NCBI GenBank assembly: GCA_964016885.1
Contig: OZ024741.1
Span: 288,982,001 to 289,046,000, forward strand
Direction of reading: 5' to 3'
Length of the DNA stretch: 64,000 nucleotides
From: Eledone cirrhosa
Lineage: Eukaryota
The notes under the pieces: generated by a model
What the model was told of the DNA's origin: nothing
The model's input: the letters and a program-made list of their open reading frames with translations, nothing else
Databases searched by the model: none
Part shown: in pieces, positions 56,555-64,000 of the stretch
How positions within the stretch are numbered: the stretch's first letter is position 1
Layout of the letters: every line of letters starts with the position of its first letter
Program-made: the position numbers and the translations under genes

Positions 56555-58422
56555 CTGGGATGGACACACGCGTGTAACTTGCTGAGTAAGTTCTGCTTAA
56601 ATTTCTATAGAAATTCTTCACTGTAAACTTTCATTTTTGTACCATTTTGTAGAGGGACTGCCAGGTCAAATTTTGATCTGACCCGTCTCTCAAAATATTC
56701 TACGCCTTTAGGCGAAATAGTTAACAAAAAGTTTTTTTTTATTTTGAAAACCCAACATTTTAAAAAATGGCTGAAGCTTCTTCACCAAAATTCGAAAGAG
56801 GAAAGGGGAAGATATGCTTACAGCTTCCCCCTGCTACTGTCATAGTAGCAGATGTCGAAGACAAAGGTCAGCCAGAGGAAGGATTTTCTCCACATGCTGA
56901 CCGACAACTTGACGTTGCCATTACCATGGCAACAAACCAAACAACCAGCGGGACCAGCAATAACAACAATGAAAACAACACCAACATCAACACTTCACTA
57001 ACAACAGCAACAAGAACAAGACCAATAACTGTGATAACAACACTACCAACTACAACAGCAACACAAACAAGGAAAAGGTCTTCGCCCAGACGGCAAGGAA
57101 AACCCTCGACTATCTGCCAGTAGATATAACCAAAGCAAAGGAGCTACTGGCAGATGCCAAAAAATACATAATGTACTGGGAAAATGGATCATTTTCGATC
57201 CACTCCCCCTCGGAACTAAAAAGCCAGAGACTACTAAACACTGTCATGTTTAGGACAATCTCGAATAAAAGCAAAAAACCAGCTCAACCATCACAGAGTG
57301 AGATAGAGCTGGTTTTAAAAGACGTCATGAAAGACATCACATTCATTCAGAAGGCTAGACTCTACGGGAGTCTATCCATTCTCATGAAGGACAGGGACAC
57401 AGCAGTGAAACTGTCCATAAAACCAATTACATCCACCGCATACACCTTCTACCCTACGTACATGGGTAGAAGGACACAAAAAATAAAAATCCACACCATC
57501 CTGCCGATTATGGACATATCGATATGTGGGTTTTTTGACAGGTTTCCTGAACCTAGATGATGACACACTAATATCCATGGGAAAGGCATCGGGTGACGCG
57601 TTCAGTGGAACGAGCCTCGAACTTGTAGTTCAAATGAGGCCCGAAAGGATCGTCCAGATCCCTGAACGCGTCATACTGGATATTCAAACTTTTATCAACA
57701 TTACCGTTGAGGTTAGGCGGTCTTCCTGTTACCTCTGTGGAACCAGGTCACCTGAGGGCTGTCTGTCCTCAACTTAATAAGAAAACCCCAATCCTGCCTA
57801 CACCACCACCAACTGCACAACCAACACAATCACCACAACCACCACAACCACCACTACAAAAACAACAACCACAGCTCAAACCAAAACAAAGTCCAACCCC
57901 CCCCCCCCCTTACATACACACTAAAAAAAAACAATTTCCAAAACACCCGCACCGCAAACACAACCCGAAAATATACCCCTTCCCTCCAACACGAAAGATG
58001 ACCCTCGTTCGTCGTCAGGCGAGGAGGAGCACTTCCACACAATCAAAATAAAAAAAAGAAAACACACCTCAAACACGCAAATGAAAACAACCCCTCCCCA
58101 AAACATAACACTGACACCAACACAAAAGAGGACACAACAGCAAACAAAAACAAAAACATGCATACACATACATAAACACAAGAAACAAAAAAACTGTTAA
58201 ACATTGTGTACAACAACAATTTGATAAAAACCCAAGGGCCTAACTTCACCCAGTCAGGGGATTTCCCCCACCTCAACATGATTAAGGCCCCAGAGGACAC
58301 TTATAAAACACTAAAAAACAACTTTAAAGAGGACTCGGGGAAACTCTAGGCATCGAGGAGGACGAACTGACCAGTCTGTTCGGGAGGACTTTCCGTCCAG
58401 GCCTATGGATAACTTCCAGAGG
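56555..58422 (+). mobile_element. Tx1/L1-like LINE copy C: leader, frameshifted ORF1, small ORF2 remnant
   Basis: Leader and MAEASSPKF start are shared with copy A. 58338-58420 matches 55620-55705. Confidence 0.85.
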
Positions 58423-58424
58423 CC

Positions 58425-58647
58425 TAACTTGACGTGGCCCTAGAGCTCGAACAGGCTCTGGTCGATTGTACAGGCGAAGGCCTCTCTGTTCCCCAGTATA
58501 CAAATGTTCAACGTAACTGGGACATCATATGCAGGTCTTCTGTCAGGCGGATCGAGTTTGGCTTGAACCAACACCGCATCGCCTGCCTCTACTCCGCTTC
58601 ACAGCCAAAACGCGAGCCAGCTGTCCTTGACAAGCGTCCCGATGGTT
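58425..58647 (+). mobile_element. CRE-like C-terminal fragment reaching the RLE motif
   Basis: QRNWD...QHRIACLYSASQP joined to REP...KRPDG. Confidence 0.55.
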
Positions 58648-59107
58648 AAATTAATATGAGAAGTAAAATCCCTTATCACATGCAATCAGACAATTTCCAT
58701 ACCATTTTAAAACATTTAACAACCAAGTTAATAAGAACTTGCTGCAGGTACCACGGAGTTTGATCGAACCAGCGACTGAGTTTAGTAGTGAGTGAACATG
58801 TAAAATGTTCCTATTTTATATATTGTGCATTTTGAATACACACACACGCTCATATACATACACGCACACACAAACATATACATATGATACGCATACACAC
58901 GTATATATATTAATTGAGTGAGTGAAAGGAAAATGAAAAACAATTAATGCGACTCTCCTCGTGAATCTCGCAAAATCAGTAGTATGAGTGTCAATAATTC
59001 CATTTAAGTACTGTGTGTGTGATAGAGGAAGCGGCTTTCTTCGCAACCAGATAAGGTCGTAGCTAGTTCGGCATTCGTAGCACTTATTACCCCAACCACC
59101 CCTAAAA

Positions 59108-61078
59108 ATGGCCGAACGTCTTAGCAATACTTCACCAGTCACCTTTCATGAGGAGGGTAGAAATGCAGAACAAGAGTATGGTGGTGATGCTGATCTGGCA
59201 GCATCAAATGTTGGAGATCTTAATGAAATACAACCAGTTTCTGGGGAAATCTCATCTGAAAACCTGGGAAGTTCTTCCTCCAGAAATTTTACTTCCTCGC
59301 CAGAGGCGTCTCAAAGAAATGTAAATTCTAAAAAGGAAGAAGCTGTAGTTTTGGAAAACTACATAAAAGGAGCGGATTCAAACAATTTGAGAATGTCTCC
59401 AGAACCTAAAACTATATTGTGTGATGTTGATTCTGCAGCCAAGTTATCAAGAGTGAAAACTTCTAGAGTTCGACCTCATGATTCTCTTTTCAATACAAAT
59501 AATATCAAACTGTCTTTAAGTCATGAGGCAGGCTCTCCTAGAGAAACCGGCGACGACCTCTCTGTCCCTGCTGATAGAGCTGGTATTGGGGAATCTTCTG
59601 AGTTAGGTTTGCCAATGTTCGTAGATATAAACCCAAGAATAGTGGAGGTTGCGACCCAAACGGACGTTTCTTTTACAGGTATTTATTCTCAACAAATAAT
59701 CGAATACGGAAGATCTAGAGTCGAGGAAGGCAGTGGAAGCTCTTCAGCCGAGAAAGAGAACGATTATTCTGAAGGCGCCGCCTCTTTAGAAAGACCACGA
59801 ATCTACTCTTGCGCAAAACCTCAAATGATTGCCAAACAATATATTGGCTTACGTGTACCTGCTTTGAAGAAAACCCGAAGCAGAGTAATGGCAAATGCAG
59901 AGCGATGGAACCCCACATTAAAATCGCCTATTAATTGGGATGATATAACAATCTCTTGGCTTCCAAATCCAAAGACCTTCCTCCGCTCAGCTGAATCCTC
60001 CCACAAGGAGGAATGGATTTCCAGAGAATCATCTGCTACGTGGGATGCAATGAACGAAGCTCTCGATGATCTAAAACTTTGTTCGACTAATAAAAACAAT
60101 GCAAAAAATAAAATGAATACTGAAACCTATGAATTTCCTTTAGGTATTGAAGAAAAATCTGAGTCAAGCCTCGATGATCTACAACTTTGTTCGAATAATA
60201 AAAACAATGCAAAAAATAAAATGAATACTGAAACCTATGAATTTCCTTTAGGTATTGAAGAAAAATCTAACGAGTCAAGAAAATCTAACGAGTCAAGCCT
60301 CGATGATCTACAACTTTGTTCGACTAATAAAAACAATGCAGAAAATAAAATGAATACTGAAACCTATGAATTTCCTTTAGGTATTGAAGAAAAATCTAAC
60401 GAGTCAAGTCTCGATGATCTACAACTTTATTCCACTAATAAAAACTATGCAGAAAATATGATTTCTGAAATCTATGACTTTCCTTTAGGTATTGACGAAA
60501 ATCTTAACGAGTCAAGTCTCGTACTGAAGCCTATTTTTCCACTCGAAGGAACTTCACTCTTTGGAGACCAGCAGTCATCGGAATCAAAGACATCTTTGAA
60601 ATTATTTGACCAATTTCACAGGAAACCTTCAATAGATGAGAATGAATTACTATGTGGCGCGGGTCCATCTATTACGTCTGGCGACGAGGCAGAGTATGAG
60701 ACTACGTTTTCGCGATTATCATTCCCGGTTTTACTTGTAGAGAAAAAGCTGCTACAATATAAATCTAACAATAGTAAAATCGATTGTGAAATGTCATCTG
60801 AAACTCCTTTAAGTATTTCTAAAGAAACCAAAATTCGAAGCAACACCGAACAAGGGGAATTTAGCTTTTACCCTACCTCCCACTATAATGCCGATCTTCA
60901 ACAAGAAGAAACACCGTTGAATCGTATTCGTTCCTGTGTCCGAAGAGCCTCTACAACAACAATTACAAGGAAATCGACCTCGAAAGTTGTTTCAAGCTGC
61001 GAGTTAGTCATGAAAACTTGTGATAGAACTGAAGATGCTAACGATTCTGATTCTGGTGATTCTTCTAATACAATTTAA
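59108..61078 (+). CDS. Uncharacterised Ser/Glu/Asn-rich, probably disordered 656-aa protein (or a large exon) with four 36-43-aa tandem repeats
   Basis: 1971-bp stop-free frame in AT-rich DNA, aaaATGG start context, repeat lengths all multiples of 3, no TE motifs. Confidence 0.7.
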   Translation: MAERLSNTSPVTFHEEGRNAEQEYGGDADLAASNVGDLNEIQPVSGEISSENLGSSSSRNFTSSPEASQRNVNSKKEEAVVLENYIKGADSNNLRMSPEPKTILCDVDSAAKLSRVKTSRVRPHDSLFNTNNIKLSLSHEAGSPRETGDDLSVPADRAGIGESSELGLPMFVDINPRIVEVATQTDVSFTGIYSQQIIEYGRSRVEEGSGSSSAEKENDYSEGAASLERPRIYSCAKPQMIAKQYIGLRVPALKKTRSRVMANAERWNPTLKSPINWDDITISWLPNPKTFLRSAESSHKEEWISRESSATWDAMNEALDDLKLCSTNKNNAKNKMNTETYEFPLGIEEKSESSLDDLQLCSNNKNNAKNKMNTETYEFPLGIEEKSNESRKSNESSLDDLQLCSTNKNNAENKMNTETYEFPLGIEEKSNESSLDDLQLYSTNKNYAENMISEIYDFPLGIDENLNESSLVLKPIFPLEGTSLFGDQQSSESKTSLKLFDQFHRKPSIDENELLCGAGPSITSGDEAEYETTFSRLSFPVLLVEKKLLQYKSNNSKIDCEMSSETPLSISKETKIRSNTEQGEFSFYPTSHYNADLQQEETPLNRIRSCVRRASTTTITRKSTSKVVSSCELVMKTCDRTEDANDSDSGDSSNTI

Positions 61079-62219
61079 TGTATTCCCACGATTAAGGACA
61101 CGCGTGCTGAACAGTAATCAGTGTTTTTAAATCCAATTTTAATCTTTATAATCAGAATTTTAAAACTTATTTTCACAAAAATAGTTTTAGATAAATCACC
61201 ACATTTGAAATTTGATCGGTGGAGGGGGCGTTATTTCATATATTAGCCATATTTTTATTTTAAAACCGTTTAGAATCTATGGTTATTTAAAAAAAAAAAA
61301 AGTGTCTAGACGTTTTCACCCTTTACGTTTTGGGATCCATAGTCCTCCCTCCCCATCTCCACAACTTTTAAAAATACATCTAGATATAATTCGCCACCCA
61401 ATAAGCAAGAAATTTGCTCATTTTTTTTCTTTCTTTTAACACCCAGTAGATAAACATTGATACTGGTTATCAAACAAACACAAAACATATTGGGTCAAAT
61501 ACGACCATTGAAGGGCATGTCCCTTAAAACGAACGTCTTCTTAATCATATGAAACGACATACATGCACCACAATTTCTCGTATTTACTCTGTACGTTTAA
61601 TGAACGATTTTAAACAAAGATAAAATGTAGCGGTTGGCGACAATATATTTTCTCAATTTTCGTCTTTACAAAACTGTCTCTTATAACTGTATTTTTATTT
61701 AATTCTTGGTTGCTATTTTTCCTTTTTTCTTTAGCACTTTCATTCTTTGAAAGTGTTACTTATCTATTCACGAATTTAGTAACCTAATGTATATAAAATA
61801 TAATTCAGTAAGCTTGATCCTATAAGCAATCTTTTTTTTAATAGTGTCTTTATAATTAGAAAACAGATTCTTCGTAGTGGGAAGCGTAAAATACGACTAC
61901 AATTTCTTTCTACTTTCTTTTAAAAACTGTTTCAAAGCTTGCGTAACAAAATCGATCGATATACAGTTAAAGCAATTATAGAAATTGTAACAAAATGAAT
62001 TTAAAATAGACAAAGTTGGTGAAGAACACATTTAACTATTTCAGCGCCAGATCAGTAAGTACTGTACCCACTTGAACTGTTTCTATTAACAAAAACGCCA
62101 CTTTGGGTGCTGTTATAACTCTAACATAGCAACAAAAAAAAACTGATCGTCGTTATTTTTTTTCTTCTGTTTTTGAAACGAAGTTAACGTAACCTTTATA
62201 TTACATTGAGTAACAAAGT

Positions 62220-62725
62220 GGTGGAATGGCAATCATTAAATCGTTGGATCGAATATATCGTGTTTGTTTCGGCTCTCCGCGACTCGGTTCAAATTCCGCC
62301 GAGGTCAACTAATCCTCTCAATCTTTTGAGGTCGGTAAAATAAGACACCAGTCATATACTGGAGTAGATTTAGTTGTTTTCCTTACTTCCAATTTTCAGG
62401 CCTAGTGACTAGTCTAGAAACATTTCATTCGGTAACATGGCATTCAGCTGAATTTATTGACGAAAAAACACTATAGCAAAAGAATAGACTAGTAAAAGTA
62501 AATATATGCCAGTCTCATATTTAGAGGGCATTAAAGAGCGGTGGATTGGCAGTATTGGTAGAGGGTCGGACGCCATGCTTTGACGCATAGAGTTACGGCC
62601 CTTGCCATTCTGAGTTCAAATCCCGCCAAGGTTAACTTTGCCTTTCATCCTTACGGGGTCGATAAAATAAAGTACCAGAAATACACTGGGTAATTGCTGG
62701 CCTTGTGCCTAACGTAGAAACAATT
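62220..62725 (+). mobile_element. Two tRNA-derived SINE copies (62220-62420, 62537-62725)
   Basis: A-box tggcagtattggtag, B-box gagttcaaatccc, core gcctttcatccttacggggtcgataaaataaagtacc. Confidence 0.85.
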
Positions 62726-62828
62726 AATTATTTAAATAATTTCCCTCCGATTTCAATAATTTTAATTTTAATTTCATATTCCTTATTCATAAACTGGCAG
62801 AATCACTTCATTTTCAATATCTATTTAA

Positions 62829-64000
62829 CCCTTTAGCGTTCAAAGCGACAAAAACCGACAAAATTATGTCCCCTTTCATTTATTCAAACCGACAAAAACC
62901 GACATTTCAGACCACTCGTAGATATCCTTCTAAAAATAAACATTGACATCATCAAAATCTCGTCAATTCGAGATTACAGCGAGATAAAGCCCTTACGCGC
63001 GAAAATTAACTCTTAGTATAGTTAAAGACCTTGTGATAACACGTGTTTTTAACTTTGAAATTGTAACATGGCTTCCGAAAGCAGCGACAACGATTTTGAA
63101 GGTTTCACATCCTACGACATTCAAGATAACAAAGAAACAGAAGATAATATCAGTGATTTATCTTCAAATGAATCAGATATATTTATTTCAGATATATCTG
63201 ATGATGATGATAGTCACTTTGAAAGTGAAAGCGAAGAGATATCTGACACCATTGAAAAAACACCAACGTGGTTGAAAAAAACAACACCGATACATGTTTC
63301 GGATTTTAATGAAAATTCTGGACCACAACACACATTACCACCCGATGCTAAAGCTCTGGATTATTTTTTTTTATTTCTACCACAAACTTTCTTCGAAGTT
63401 GTGGCAGAGGAGACAAATCGCTATGCACAACAACAGATTTCTAATCGAGGAAAACCCGATCTGTTATGGCGTCCGACAGATTCTGCCGAAATGAAAGCGT
63501 TTTTTACCATAAACATTATGTTTGGTATTAAACAATTTCCACGACTGTGGAATTATTGGAGTACTGATATAAGGTTTGGTGACCCTTATATATCTAGTAT
63601 TATGGCCAAAACGAGATTTATAAAATTAAACCAGTATTTGCATCTGGTTGATACTACAAATGCCCCTGGTAGAAATGAATCGAATTACGACCCACTGTAC
63701 AAAGTACGACCATTAATTGAAATGTTGACGGAAAAATTTAAAAGTATGTATTTACCTGGAAAAAATCTTAGTGTTGATGAAGCTATGATTGGATATAAGG
63801 GTAGGGTTCATTTCAGACAGTATATGCCAGCTAAACCCACCAAATGGGGCATCAAAGTGTGGGAACTGTGTGAATCGGACACGGGATACTGTGTAAACTT
63901 TGATGTTTACACAGGAAAAAAACTTAACGGAGAGAGAAAGCACGGGTTGGGTTACGATGTTGTGTGGTCGCTGACTCAACCCTTCCACTTTCAACACAGA
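62829..64000 (+). mobile_element. piggyBac DNA transposon, left end (runs off the window)
   Basis: TTAA (62825-62828) followed by a CCCTTT terminus. Subterminal repeated cgacaaaaaccgaca. Transposase ORF follows. Confidence 0.92.
63068..64000 (+). CDS. piggyBac transposase (PGBD4-like), N-terminal 311 codons, uninterrupted
   Basis: Manual translation: acidic N-terminus, ETNRYA, EMKAF, YWS, DPLYKVRPLI, LSVDEAMI, FRQYMPAKPTKWGIKVW, FDVYTGK. Absent from the ORF track because there is no stop in the window. Confidence 0.92.
   Translation, partial: MASESSDNDFEGFTSYDIQDNKETEDNISDLSSNESDIFISDISDDDDSHFESESEEISDTIEKTPTWLKKTTPIHVSDFNENSGPQHTLPPDAKALDYFFLFLPQTFFEVVAEETNRYAQQQISNRGKPDLLWRPTDSAEMKAFFTINIMFGIKQFPRLWNYWSTDIRFGDPYISSIMAKTRFIKLNQYLHLVDTTNAPGRNESNYDPLYKVRPLIEMLTEKFKSMYLPGKNLSVDEAMIGYKGRVHFRQYMPAKPTKWGIKVWELCESDTGYCVNFDVYTGKKLNGERKHGLGYDVVWSLTQPFHFQHR

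Noticed and set aside
62537-62610. A-box/B-box sequences as tRNA genes
   Set aside because: They are SINE heads followed by the SINE core, with no complete cloverleaf.

Overview
Repeat-dominated, AT-rich animal DNA. The SINE family and microsatellite load look cephalopod (Octopus-like); this is an inference. Most of the window is (TA)n/(CA)n/(GA)n/(TATG)n/(CAT)n/(AAC)n simple sequence and transposon debris. Retroelements: two copies of a CR1-like LINE, three Penelope-like elements (PLEs; one with a clean 5' inversion), an RTE fragment, CRE-like fragments, a head-to-tail array of three Tx1/L1-like LINEs joined by (TATC)n, ORF1-only relatives and about 15 tRNA-derived SINEs. DNA elements: a hAT MITE, a non-autonomous Helitron and a piggyBac whose transposase frame is open to the window edge. 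The only candidate host gene is an intact 656-aa low-complexity ORF (59108-61078) with frame-preserving internal repeats. Two things stand out. First, about 10 minimal hammerhead-ribozyme (HHR) motifs, several inside small non-coding tandem/inverted units (retrozyme-like), including a U3:A8 compensatory variant and one with a ~105-nt stem II. Second, a length-conserved 67-nt GT-AG intron in the Tx1 5' leader whose acceptor lies in a hairpin. There is a 200-N gap with a probable artefactual duplication at 19.7-21.4 kb. All calls were made by eye, without database searches or folding software.
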